Source of the DNA: Octopus sinensis
Lineage: Eukaryota
Assembly (NCBI RefSeq): GCF_006345805.1
Contig: NC_043014.1
Span: 3,596,001-3,660,000, forward strand
Reading direction: 5' to 3'
Length of the DNA stretch: 64,000 bases
The first letter of the stretch is position 1; each line of letters begins with the position of its first letter. Shown here one piece after another: positions 12,749-25,722 of the stretch. The translations under genes were made by a program, and so were the position numbers. A model generated the notes under the pieces. The model saw nothing but the letters and a program-made list of their open reading frames with translations. It had not been told where the DNA came from and made no database searches.

Positions 12749-13871
12749 ATTGATTTGCTTTTCGCAGGAAGGAAGTTTTCTTCGAAGTATACGTCTCGCT
12801 TTTATCCTTCGAAACGGTTAGTAGATGAAACCTTAGCGACTGAAGAAGGGGATTTTTCGTTGTGCTTATTGTCCTGTATCTCTCTTTTTTTGCTTGTCTT
12901 GTTCCTTGGTTTGTGTCTATGTGTTTCGTCTCTCTATGTGTTCGACGTCTTTTTGGTGCCTGTACACATATATGCGTGTATATGTACATGTAGAGGTAGG
13001 TACGTACATATATGTTTATATATATGCATATTTCTATTATTAACATATTATACGACAAACGCACGCACCCTATTAGTAAGATTGTTCTGTTTATCAAGTT
13101 AGCCTTGATATTAACTCTCACGCGACTCTGCATCTTTCTTTCTTCTCTCCCATTCCCTTTTTCGTCTTTTTCCCTCACTTAACTTGTCTCTTCCTCTCTC
13201 TCTCCCCCCCACCGTTCTTCATGGTCTCCTCGCACCATTCCCTTCTTCTCTCTCTTCCTCTTGCTCCTCCTCCCCCATTCCCGTCATCCATCTGCGACGA
13301 TACTTCCGTCGTAACTGCTATCCTGTCTTTTCTTGCCCGCCTTCTAAGGCTACTGGTCGACATTCTTTCTCTCTCGTCGTCCACTATAATCCAGCGTTTG
13401 CAATACTTTTTTCGTCTGGCGTTAACAGCCCTTCTTATCTTGTTCTCCTTGTCCTGTCTCTCACTGTGTTATTATTTATTTTTCCACTGTTTATATATAT
13501 ATTTTTTACTGTTTATGTTTGTACTGTCGTTACCGTCTGCTTTTTTTACCCCTCTGTGAAAAGATCTCAGAATTTTAATTGATTTGCTTTTCGCAGGAAG
13601 GAAGTTTTCTTCGAAGTATACGTCTCGCTTTTATCCTTCGAAACGTTTAGTAGATGAAACCATAGCGACTGAAGAAGGGGATTTTTCGTTGTGCTTATTG
13701 TCCTGTATCTCTTTTTTTGCTTGTCTTGTCCTTGGTTTGTGTCTATGTTTTTCGTCTCTCTATGTGTTCGACGTCCCTTTGGTGTCCTGTACTCATATAT
13801 GCGTGTATATGTACATGTAGAGGTAGGTACGTACATATATGTTTATATATATGCATATGTTCTATTTTATT

Positions 13872-13878
<7 letters not shown>
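12749..13878 (+). repeat. Two ~295-bp direct repeats flanking a ~540-bp non-coding core
   Basis: 12749-13045 and 13578-13878. Confidence 0.8.
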
Positions 13879-13912
<34 letters not shown>

Positions 13913-14424
13913 GAGCATGTGCATGTGTGTATATATACATATATATATGTTTATATGTGGAGGAGCAATGGCCCAGTGGTTAGGGCAGTGGATTTCCAGT
14001 TTCGATTCCCAGACCGGGCGTTGTGAGTGTTTATTGAGTGTAAATATTTTAGGCTCCACGAAGCTCCGGGCAGGGGCAGGTGGTGAACCCTGCTGTACAC
14101 CATCACCACAGCTTTCTCTCACACTTTCTTCCTGTTTCTGTTGTACCTGTATTTCAAAGGGTCACCTTGTCACAATCCGTGTCACGCTGAATCTCCCTGA
14201 GAATATGTTAAGGGTACACGAGTCTGTGGTGTACTCTGCCACTTGCACGTTAATTTCATGAGCAGTCTGTTCGGTTGATTGGGTCGACTGGAACCCTTGT
14301 CTTCGTAACCGACGGAGTACTGGAGTAGCATATATTGATATATACATTTATATGTGTGTGTGTGTATGTGTATATATATATATATGTGTGTGTGACTGTG
14401 TCTGTGTATATACATATGTGTATA

Positions 14425-14466
<42 letters not shown>

Positions 14467-14469
14467 AGC

Positions 14470-14850
14470 ACAGGAGCGGCTGTGTGATAAAACGCTTGCT
14501 TCCGAACCACAAGGTTCCGGATTCAGTCCCACTACGTGGAACCTTGGGCAAGTGTCTTTTGCTAGAGACTCAGGCCAACGAAAGCCTTGTGAGTGGACAT
14601 GATAGCCGGAAACTGAAAGAAGCCTGTTGTATATATAAGTATGTATGTGTTTGTTATTTATATCTGTGTTTATCCTCCCACCATCGCTTGACAACCGATG
14701 TTGGTGTGTTTATGACCCGCCACTTAGTGGTTTGGCAAAAGAGACCAATAGAATAAGTACTTGGCTTACAAACAATAATTCCTGGAGTTAACATGTCCAT
14801 CTAAAGGTGGTGCTCCAGCATGGCTACAGTCAAATGATTGCAGCAAGTAA
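14470..14850 (+). mobile_element. tRNA-derived SINE (copies at 2492-2648 -, 11280-11660 -, 24843-25220 -, 25290-25665 +, 35243-35655 +, 52940-53117 +)
   Basis: GGCTGTGTG head, GGTTCAGTCCC-type B box, CAGCATGG(C/T)..CAGTCAAATGA tail. Confidence 0.7.
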
Positions 14851-15134
14851 AAAAAAAGTAATATATATATGTGTTTCTGTATATATATGTGTGCGTGTAT
14901 ATATAGATATATATATTTCTCTGTTATCTTGATGCGGTACGGTGGATTAATTTAAGACTTTAGCTCTTATTTCTAGCAGGTAGATGCTTGTTAAGCATCA
15001 TTACACTTCGTGCAAATATATAATTCATAGCTATTTAATGCTATTGCGCCTGCGATCCACCTATGTCACTGCTGGTGACATCTGATTTCAAATCTCAGTG
15101 TTTGAATGTTTTTTTTTATATATGTATGTATATA

Positions 15135-16677
15135 CACTGTGTCCCACATTATTAGGCAAATGAACCTTCTCTCAATAAATGAATCCATATTCACTTGAAG
15201 ACCTGTTGTTTTTCCATTGACTGTTGGCAACACCTCTCTGTGCACATTCTGTGAGAATAAATCAGATCTGTGCAGACGCCAACAAACGGCAGCCGTTTTT
15301 GTGATTGGGCAAGATTTTCACCGTCACAAATTACTAGGCAAGTGTAATAAAAATGATAATTGTGTCAGAACAGTCATTTAATTAATTCAATAGAAAAGGA
15401 CTTAATGGTAAACATAATAATACATTGGCATTCAAATAGTCACAGCGTTATGATACAGCTCCTAGTGTTTCGTGTATGGCCCTCCACACGCAATAACCTT
15501 CCTTACACGCTGATCCATTGAATTTGTCAAGGTGATGATATCTTCTTGTGTCATGATTTGAGCAGCATCTACAATAGCATCCCAGAGGGCAACTTTACTT
15601 GAAAACTGCCGTCCATCTTGGTAAATGTGCCTCTTCAGGACACTCTACAGGTTCTCAATTGGGTTAAAGTCAAACGACCTTAAGAAAACCCTAAAAGCTG
15701 CAGGGATTCCTTAGAATTTTGGGCTGCATAAGATGAGGCATTATATTGCATAAAGACCAGCCTTTTCTTGAAGAAAAGTTCTTGTATTTGGAACCACGGT
15801 TGGAAATTGTCCTTTAAGATGGTAACATACGTTTTCAATGTCATCTTAATACCATCTGGGACTTTCCATGGTCTGACCATCACACCACAAACGATGCCAA
15901 CCCAAAACATGACCCCACATCTCCCCTGTTGGCATCTCAAGCTATGAGGATTGTTCCCTCTGATTGATTCCCAACCTTTACTCCAGCCATCTGGTTCGTC
16001 AAGGGTAGCACAGCATTTGTCAGTGAACAGAACTGTTGCTAAATCTATCTTCATATATTCTTCTGTCCATTCCTGTCTCTTCTGCTTATGAACAGCCTTC
16101 AGAAGGAGCTTGGCAACAGGTTTAACATTCCTGGTTACCTGCTTCAAGAAGCGACACCTGGTAGTTTTTGATACGTCTTCCCTGCCACAGCATTTGAAGA
16201 CTTCTCTACTTGTCAGACCTGAGTTCCGCACATCTTCACTTTTCTCATGTGACAAAGTATGATTTGAAGCAGCTCTCAACTTACCATTATCTGCCCACGA
16301 CCAAACAGAAATAGGAGACTGCACAAATTCCTTCACTGTTCGGTGATCTTTTCCCACTATTTTTGGTATTTCTATGGTTGTTTTTCCTTTTCCCAGCTCT
16401 GACACGATGTTAGACTTCTCATTCGAGGTAAGATCACGTTTCTGACCCCTAATCACACTTAAATTGGGCACCTGTCGTGTAATTTGGGACAGAAGACATT
16501 TTGCTGGGACACGATAATAGCCGCCGCTTCCTTTTGTCTGCACAGATCTGATTTATTTTAACAGAATGTGCACAGAAAGGTGTTGCCAAAAGTCAGTGGG
16601 AAAATAATTGATTTGCAACGAATATACATTTATTTATTGAGAGACGGTTGAGTCACCTAATTATGTAGGATGCAGGG
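15135..16677 (-). mobile_element. Degenerate Tc1-family DNA transposon (TRT/DD37E-like)
   Basis: TA flanks and imperfect ~150 bp TIRs. Transposase remnant GQKRDLT..LFTD..DEPDGW..MQYN, then an internal deletion and a frameshifted NPIENL tail. Confidence 0.85.
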
Positions 16678-16858
16678 TATATATATCTTTAATATGTATG
16701 TGTGAGTGTGTGTGTATAATTCATTTTTTAAATGTTTGAAACATTACAACTCTTATCTAAACTTTAATTTTAAATATAGCACACACACACACACACACAT
16801 GTTTATAGATAGATAGAGGGAGAGAGCTTGCATACATGCATACCTACAGACATGCATA

Positions 16859-18090
16859 TTAGGTTGTTTCACACGAAATGTCGCATTTGAAAGGTAACAA
16901 TAAAATGTTTCACAAGTGTTAGAGAACTGATTTATTTAATCAAAGTATGATCCATGTTCATTTAAGACGTTTACCCAACGTTTTTCCATGTCATGTATTC
17001 CATCATTATCAAAAAATAAATTCATCTTTTGCTGAGGTAAACTGTCCGAGTGCTTCAATTACCTCTTCTTTATTTAAGAATGTTTTATTGCTTATGAAAA
17101 GCCCAAAATGCTTAAATAAGTGATAATTAGTAGGAGAGATATTAGAGGAATAATGAGGATGTTGCAAAATCTTATAATTCAGGTTTTGCAACTTTTGGAT
17201 CGTAGTTTGAGGATTTGCATTATGGTGGAGCAAAATTGGGCCATCTCTCTTCACTAGTCTGGGTTGCTCCTTCTTCAAATTCTCATGCATACAGTCAATT
17301 TTCTGGCAATACGATGCTGCTGTTACCGTTTCTCCTTGTTGCAAAAATGAATAATGAATAACTCCCTTCACAGACCACCTAAGAGTGACCACTAACTTTT
17401 TAGGGTACAACGGTGGGTTTAGGTAGTGTTTAGGTGAATCTCCTGCATCTGGCCACTGACCTCCTCTCCTGCTGTTGTCAAAGAGTATCCATTTCCCATC
17501 ACAAGAAATGATTTGATGCATAAACGGTCTTTTTCCAGTCAAGAAAGCAATAAGGAGCACACTTTAAGGCATTTGCTTTTTGAATCTCATTCAGTTGATG
17601 TGGAACAAACCTATTCGTTTTCTAGACTTTTCCCAATTTTTATAGGGGTCCAAAAACAGTTGTGTGAGATGTTTGGGGTTCTGATGAAAGTTTTCAAACA
17701 TTTGTTCTTAGATTTTGTTCAACAAAAGCATTTAATCCATCATGCCAAATGACTGATTTTGGCCTACCCCTTGGTTTATTTTCAAGGCTATCATCTCCTG
17801 AACCATCTCTGAACAATTCTGATATCAAAAAATTCCATTACCAAAGACCCACTTGATATTCCGTAGAGCTTCTGCGGCAGAGTGAATGAGTTTGTACTCA
17901 TATGAGAAAATCACTCAACATAGTTTGGTTGTTATCCTTTTCATGAGGTCTGTGGGTATGAATTTTGTGAACCAATATTGTTGGGAAAGAAAAAGAGTGA
18001 AGATTAAATGCAGGGTATACATAATTGAGTTTTTAAAAGACTGAAATAACAAGTAGTTAAAAACGTGACATTTCATGTGAAACAACCTAA
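16859..18090 (-). mobile_element. Degenerate mariner (cecropia/Hsmar1-like)
   Basis: TIR TTAGGTTGTTTCAC with TA flanks. Motifs CDGKWILFDN, LLHHN and SPTNYHLFKH; two catalytic Asp positions are mutated. Confidence 0.9.
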
Positions 18091-18274
18091 TACATACATA
18101 CCCACATATTTGGCCCCTTGGGGGTAATAAAAAATCAACATAAATACCAACATATTTAGATGCAAAGAGACAGACAGACTGACAAGCAGCAAGCAGTTAT
18201 GAGAGGTATAAAGAGAGGAAAAGATGAAGATTGGTGAGAGACGATACTTTCTGAAGACAATTCCAAATACTTAC

Positions 18275-18335
18275 CAAACAGCAACAACAACAAGAAACTT
18301 GTTAGAAGTAAAGAAATCTCCATTAGAAAGTTCAT
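18275..18335 (-). CDS. Three-Ig-domain protein, left copy, coding exon 1 (signal peptide MNFLMEISLLLTSFLLLLLF)
   Basis: ATG at 18335, 20 mostly hydrophobic codons plus 1 nt, GTAAGT donor (phase 1). Identical 61-nt exon in the right arm. Confidence 0.8.
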
Positions 18336-18442
18336 CCTCGTTAATTAATCCGTCTTAATCAGTTTGCTGGATTCAGATAATTCCAATGGAAATGTGCAAA
18401 AGTAAAAGAAAATATGTTATAAATTTAAAAAAATTATAATCC

Positions 18443-18523
<81 letters not shown>

Positions 18524-19028
18524 AACGTATGTTTGTATGTGTGTATTTGACAGGGAAATGAACTTATTATTGATGAAATAAGTTTGATTTAAATTCCATC
18601 CAGATAACAGTTGAAGCATGTTTGTTTGATCAGAGATTTCCATACAACAATAAAAAAAAAAATCTCTCTCTCACTCTCCCTCTTTCTCTCTCTTTTTGCA
18701 AACACACACACACACATATATATATATATAAGTCCGTAGGTGACTTAAAACTGTATGATAGATTGCCGTTAATTCATTCTCTTTTACCTGTTTGTGTTTG
18801 CCTTTCAAATGCTGTGCCTTTACTGTGATCTCCCTTTTAGTAGAAGAAATAGCTATAATCTCTTTGACTGCTATTTCTAAATTCGGTGTGTGGTAAGGCA
18901 ATTCGTTGCTAAACCCTTAATTGCTTAGTATTACTTAAATTTTCCTCGAATGAGGCTTTTACATGCCGAAGACTACTTGGTGTAATTGATAATTGTTCCA
19001 AATTAATTAATTTCACCCTTCATTGTTA

Positions 19029-19078
<50 letters not shown>

Positions 19079-19907
19079 TACATAGATACATGCATATGTA
19101 CATACATATACAAATATATATATATATATAATATATATATATATACACACATATCTATATATATATTTATTTATATACACATACATACACACATATATAT
19201 ATATATATAAATTTTAAATTTTATCTAGTTTCAGCTCACAAGCTGTGGCCATGCTGGGGCACCGCCATTCATGTATGATTCCTTCTTTCTCTCTCTTCTC
19301 TCTCTTTGTTGCGTTTGTCCCTCCTCTCTCTCTCTCCTCTCTCTCTCTCTCCTCTCTCTCTCTCTTCCTTTGCTTCTCTTTCTTTTCTTTTCTCTCTTCT
19401 CTGTCACGTGACTGCTGGCCGAAATCTGCCTTTCAGCTTCTCACCAGCGTCGTGTTAACATCGTTGTTTTTCGTCCGCCGCTATAGGCATCGCCGATAAG
19501 GCTCCTTTCCAATGCGCCAGAGAAAAAATTTGTTTGCTTGTTATCAGTCGTAAGACACTTGTTGTTGTTTTCACCGTTAATGCTTCTGTATTTCATGTTT
19601 CTGTATTCCATTATTGTTTTTTGTTTTTTTTTATTCGTCCCTTTTGCTGTCCTGGTGTTCGTATGCATTCGATCCTTCTTCCAGGAAATCTACGCTCCCA
19701 GCTTAGTTTTTCTAATGCTCGTTGCTTAGTTTTTCTTGGAGGGCTGGCCGTGATCTAGTAATCTCAAGATTAATCAGCTGAAGTTACTACGATGATCCGG
19801 TTCTTGACTGAAGACTGAGGGTTTCGAATGTCCTGTCCGTGTTTATTTTATCGTCTTCTAAGAGTTATACGTTCTTGTCCATGTTGTATTTTTTACATAC
19901 CTTAACA

Positions 19908-19941
<34 letters not shown>

Positions 19942-19987
19942 GTATTTCTAAAATTATGGTTTTCCAAGATGCATGGGTGTATACAAA

Positions 19988-20025
<38 letters not shown>

Positions 20026-20325
20026 ACATACTTAACGTCCTTCCCCTATTTTCTAGTATGCAAGGCATGCAATAATATCAGATACCATCACATGACAACA
20101 CCCCCTTCCATCCCCCCCGTCCCAATCTACTACCACCCCACCACATACCTGCTCTGCCCCCTCCATCTACCCATATATATATATATATATACATATATAC
20201 ACATACATATATATATAGTAGTTTATATAAACAGATATAGATTTAAAATACACACAAGCACACACACACACACAGTCACATACATATTGTATTAGTAGGG
20301 CGCTCAGGAATATGAATAAAACAAG

Positions 20326-20363
20326 TCTTTTACGTTTCGAGCCTAGGCTCTTCAACAGAAAGA
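20326..20363 (-). ncRNA. Minimal type I hammerhead-like motif (one core change)
   Basis: TCTTT-CTGTTGA-A-GAGC(CTAG)GCTC-GAAA-CG-TA|AAAGA. Confidence 0.55.
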
Positions 20364-20733
20364 TACACAGAAAAGAAACACAGAGAGAAACAAGGAGAGA
20401 AAAAAAATGCGTGCAGAAGCTAGTGATTCATATATATATATATATATATATAATAATAATAAATATTAGGGAATAAATCCAAATTTACAGGGAAAAATCA
20501 GATTTAGGATTAAATCCAATTTTATAGTAAAATATTATATAATATTAATTAGAGACAAAACCACTATTTTGTAAAACAAACAAGGAAAGACTTAATCAAT
20601 ACATAAAATTTTAATAAAAAGTAAAAAATAAAAAATAAAAAATAAAATTTATTAAAATTTTATGTATTGATTAAGTCTTTCCTTGTTTGTTTTACAAAAT
20701 AGTGGTTTTGTCTCTAATTAATATTATATATAT

Positions 20734-20765
<32 letters not shown>

Positions 20766-21369
20766 ATATATAGTAGTTTATATAAACGGATATAGATTTA
20801 AAATGCACACAAACACACACAGACACATACATATATATACGGACGCAATTATGTTCATATATCTATGGGGTAATTTCAATTATGTGTGAATATGTCTGTG
20901 TGTATGTTTGTGAAAGCATGTAATATTGTATTTCAGTACCAATGTAGCTATTTATGCATACATGTGCAAACCACACACACACACACACACTCCACACTCG
21001 AGTACATTCCCTCCCACTCCCACTCATACTTACACTCACCCTCCATTGCAAAATGGCGTCTATACCCACCCCGATCCAGTGATTGGTTGCTGTCCTGTAG
21101 AAATTAACTCACTTCAAACTTTTCTGGCACTTTTTTCTCCCCTCCATCTGCCCCACGATCGATCTGCTCCAACTTTATCTTAACAATTTTACCTCTTCTT
21201 TCTACAATTATCCCTTTTAGTCAACAATAACAACCACCAGGCACCTGCAAAGCAATCAATTCGGATTATAATTTCTTAAAGTTTATAACATATTTTCTTT
21301 TACTTTTGCACATTTCCATTTGAATTATCTGAATCCAGCAAACTGATTAAGACGGATTAATTAACGAGG

Positions 21370-21430
21370 ATGAACTTTCTAATGGAGATTTCTTTACTTC
21401 TAACAAGTTTCTTGTTGTTGTTGCTGTTTG
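21370..21430 (+). CDS. Three-Ig protein, right copy, coding exon 1 (signal peptide)
   Basis: ATG at 21370 and GTAAGT donor; identical to the left copy. Confidence 0.8.
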
Positions 21431-21613
21431 GTAAGTATTTGGAATTGTCTTCAGAAAGTATCGTCTCTCACCAATCTTCATCTTTTCCTCTCTTTATACC
21501 TCTCATAACTGCTTGCTACTTGTCAGTCTGTCTGTCTCTTTGCATCTAAATATGTGGGTATTTATGTTGATTTTTATTACCCCCAAGGGGCCAAATATGT
21601 GGATATGTATGTA

Positions 21614-22856
21614 TTAGGTTGTTTCACATGAAATGTCACGTTTTTAACTACTTGTTATTTCAGTCATTTAAAAACTCAATTATGTATACCCTGCATTTAA
21701 TCTTGACTATTTTTCTTTCCCAACAATATTGGTTCACAAAATTCATACTCACAGACCTCATGAAAAGGATAACAACCAAACTATGTTGAGTGATTTTCTC
21801 ATATGAGTACAAACTCATTCACTCTGCCGCAGAAGCTCTACGGAATATCAAGTGGGTCTTTGGTAATGGAATTTTTTGATATCAGAATTGTTCAGAGATG
21901 GTTCCTAAATCTTGTTCAGGAGATGATAGCCTTGAAAATAAACCAAGGGGTAGGCCAAAATCAGTCATTCGGCATGATGGATTAAATGCTTTTGTTGAAC
22001 AAAATCTAAGAACAAAGGTTTGAAAACTTTCATCAGAACCCCAAACATCTCACACAACTGTTTTTGGACCCCTATAAAAAATGGGAAAAGTCTAGAAAAC
22101 GAATAGGTTTGTTCCACATCAACTGAATGAGATTCAAAAAGCAAATGCCTTAAAGTCTGCTCCTTATTGCTTTCTTGACTGGAAAAAGACCGTTTCTGCA
22201 TCAAATCATTTCTTGTGATGGGAAATGCATACTCTTTGACAACTTCAGGAGAGGAGGTCAGTGGCCAGATGCAGGTGAGTCACCTAAACACTACCTAAAC
22301 CCACCATTGTACCCTAAAAAGTTAGTGGTCACTCTTTGGTGGTCTGTGAAGGGAGTTATTCATTATTCATTTTTGCAACAAGGAGAAACGGTAACAGCAG
22401 CTTTGTATTGCCAGAAAATTGACTGTATGCATGAGAATTTGAAGAAGGAGCAACCCAGACTAGTGAAGAGAGATGGCCCAATTTTGCTCCACCATAATGC
22501 ACCTCTTCAAACTACGATCCAAAAGTTGCAAAGCCTGAATTATAAGATTTTGCAACATCCTCCCATTCCTCTAATATCTCTCCTACTAATTATCACTTAT
22601 TTAAGCATTTGGGGCTTTTCATAAGCAATAAAACATTCTTCAATAAAGAAGAGGTAATTGAAGCACTCGGACAGTTTACCTCAGCAAAAGATGAATTTAT
22701 TCTTTTAAATGATGGAATACATGACATGGAAAAACGTTGGGTAAACGTCTTAAATGAACATGGATCATACTTTGATTAAATAAATCAGTTCTCTAACACT
22801 TGTGAAACATTTCATTGTTAGCTTTCAAATGCGACATTTCGTGTGAAACAACCTAA
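21614..22856 (+). mobile_element. Degenerate mariner (duplicate copy)
   Basis: Same TIRs and transposase remnant (ORF 22175-22624). Confidence 0.9.
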
Positions 22857-23041
22857 TATGCATGTATGTAGGTATGCATGTATGCAAGCTCTCTCCCTCT
22901 ATCTATCTATAAACGTGTGTGTGTGTGTGTGTGTGTGTGCTATATTTAAAATTAAAGTTTAGATAAGAGTTGTAATGTCTCAATCATTTAAAAAATGAAT
23001 TATACACACACACTCACTCATACATATTAAAGATATATATA

Positions 23042-24584
23042 CCCCGCATCCTACATAATTAGGTGACTCAACCGTCTCTCAATAAATAAATGTATATTCG
23101 TTGCAAATCAATTATTTTCCCACTGACTTTTGGCAACACCTCTCTGTGCACATTCTGTTAAAATAAATCAGATCTGTGCAGACAAAAGGAAGCGGCGGCT
23201 ATTATCGTGTCCCAGCAAAATGTCTTCTGTCCCAAATTACACGACAGGTGCCCAATTTAAGTGTGATTAGGGGTCAGAAACGTGATCTTACCTCGAAGGA
23301 GAAGTCTAACATCGTGTCAGAGCTGGGAAAAGGCAAAACAACCATAGAAATATCAAAAATAGTGGGAAAAGATCACCGAACAGTGAAGGAATTTGTGCAG
23401 TCTCCTATTTCTGTTTGGTCATGGGCAGATAATGGTAAGTTGAGAGTTGCTTCAAATCATTCTTTGTCACATGAGAAAAGTGAAGATGTGCGGAACTCAG
23501 GTCTGACAAGTAGAGAAGTCTTCAAATGCTGTGGCAGGGAAGACGTATCAAAAACTACCAGGTGTCGCCTCTTGAAGCAGGTAACCAGGAATGTTAAACC
23601 TGTTGCCAAGCCCCTTCTGAAGGCTGTTCATAAGCAGAAGAGACAGGAATGGACAGAAGAATATATGAAGATAGATTTAGCAACAGTTCTGTTCACTGAC
23701 AAATGCTGTGCTACCCTTGACGAACCAGATGGCTGGAGTAAAGTTTGGGTATCAATCAGAGGGAACCATCCTCATAGCTTGAGACGCCAACAGGAGAGAT
23801 GTGGGGTCATGTTTTGGGCTGGCATCGTTTGTGGTGTGATGGTCAGACCATGGAAAGTCCCAGATGGTATTAAGATGACATTGAAAACGTATGTTACCAT
23901 CTTAAAGGAAAATTTCCAACCGTGGTTCCAAATACAAGAACTTTTCTTCAAGAAAAACCTGGTCTTTATGCAATATAATGCCTCATCTTATGCAGCCCAA
24001 AATTCTAAGGAATACCTGCAGCTATTAGGGTTTTCTTAAGGTCGTTTGACTTTAACCCAATTGAGAACCTGTAGAGTGTCCTGAAGAGGCACATTTACCA
24101 AGATGGACGGCAGTTTTCAAGTAAAGTTGCCCTCTGGGATGCTATTGTAGATGCTGCTCAAATCATGACACAAGAAGATATCATCACCTTGACAAATTCA
24201 ATGGATCAGCGCGTAAGGAAGGTTATTGCGTGTGGAGGGCCATACACGAAACACTAGGAGCTGTATCATAAAGCTGTGACTATTTTAATGCCAATGTATT
24301 ATTATGTTTACCATTAAGTCCTTTTCTATTGAATTAATTAAATGACTGTTCTGACACAATTATCATTTTTATTATACTTGCCTAGTAATTTGTGACGGTG
24401 AAAATCTTGCCCAATCACAAAAACGGCTGCCGTTTGTTGGCGTCTGCACAGATCTGATTTATTCTAACAGAATGTGCACAGATAGCTGTTGCCAACAGTC
24501 AATGGAAAAACAACAGGTCTTTCAATGAATATGCATTCATTTATTAGGAGAAGGTTCATTTGTCTAATAATGTGGGACACAGTG
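23042..24584 (+). mobile_element. Degenerate Tc1-family transposon (duplicate copy)
   Basis: Reverse complement of 15135-16677 with the same lesions; 15 of 287 translated positions differ. Confidence 0.85.
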
Positions 24585-25722
24585 TATATACATACATATA
24601 TAAAAAAAAACATTCAAACACTGAGATTTGAAATCAGATGTCACCAGCAGTGACATAGGTGGATCGCAGGTGCAATAGCATTAAATAGCTATGAATTATA
24701 TATTTGCACGAAGTGTAATGATGCTTAACAAGCATCTACCTGCTAGAAATAAGAGCTAAAGTCTTAAATTAATCCACCGTACCGCACCAACATAACAGAG
24801 AAATATATATATCTATATATACACATATATATATTATTTTTTTTACTTCCTGCAATCATTTGACAGTGGCCATGCTGGAGCACCACCTTTAGATGGACAT
24901 GTTAACTCCAGGACTTATTGCTTGTAAGCCAAGTACTTATTCTATTGGTCTCTTTTGCCAAACCACTAAGTGGCGGGTCATAAACACACCAACATCGGTT
25001 GTCAAGCGATGGTGGGAGGATAAACACAGATATAAATAACAAACACATACATAATTATATATATAACAGGCTTCTTTCAGTTTCCATCTACCAAGACCAC
25101 TTACAAGGCTTTCGTTGGCTTAAGTCTATAGTAAAAGACACTTGCAAAAGTTCCACGTAGTGGGACTGAACCCGGAACCTTGTGGTTGGGAAGCAAGCTT
25201 CTTATCACACAGCCACTCCTGAGAGAAAGGGAGTGAGAGGAAGATAGGTGGTTACATATACCCATACATATTTGTATATAAGGGCACAGGGGTGGCTGTG
25301 TGGAAAGAAGTTTACTTTCCAGCCACATGGTTCTAAGTTCAGTCCCACTGCATGGCACTATGGGCAAATGTCCTCTCCTATAGCCTTGAGCTAACTAGAA
25401 CCTTGTGAGGGGATTTGGTTGGCAGGAACTAAATGAAGCCCATTGTGTATGTGTGCATGTGGCTTTGTGTATGTGTTTGTTCACAATACCACTTGGTAAC
25501 CGGTGTTGGTTTGTTACATCTCCATAACTTAGCAGTTTGGCAAAAAGAGAGCGGTGAAATACGTATGAGTCTTAAAAAATGCACTGGGGTCAATTCATTG
25601 AACTAAAAGCTGTTCAAGGTGGTGCTCCAGTATGGCCACAGTCTAATGACCTCAAGAAGTAAAAAAAAAAAAATAGCCAGACATTTGTGTTTATTAATCT
25701 TTCTGTCTTTCCATCATTTCAG

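Larger units (their letters stand above)
5381..18446. repeat. Left arm of large inverted segmental duplication
   Basis: Colinear reverse-complement match to 21259-32430 across exons, introns, SINEs, Tc1, mariner and Helitron. Breaks at ~6693-7290 and ~11725-14470. Confidence 0.9.

Noticed and set aside
23176-24039. 287-aa ORF as an active transposase
   Set aside because: The expected start Met is lost, the second catalytic Asp is Tyr, and there is a deletion and frameshift before the Glu.
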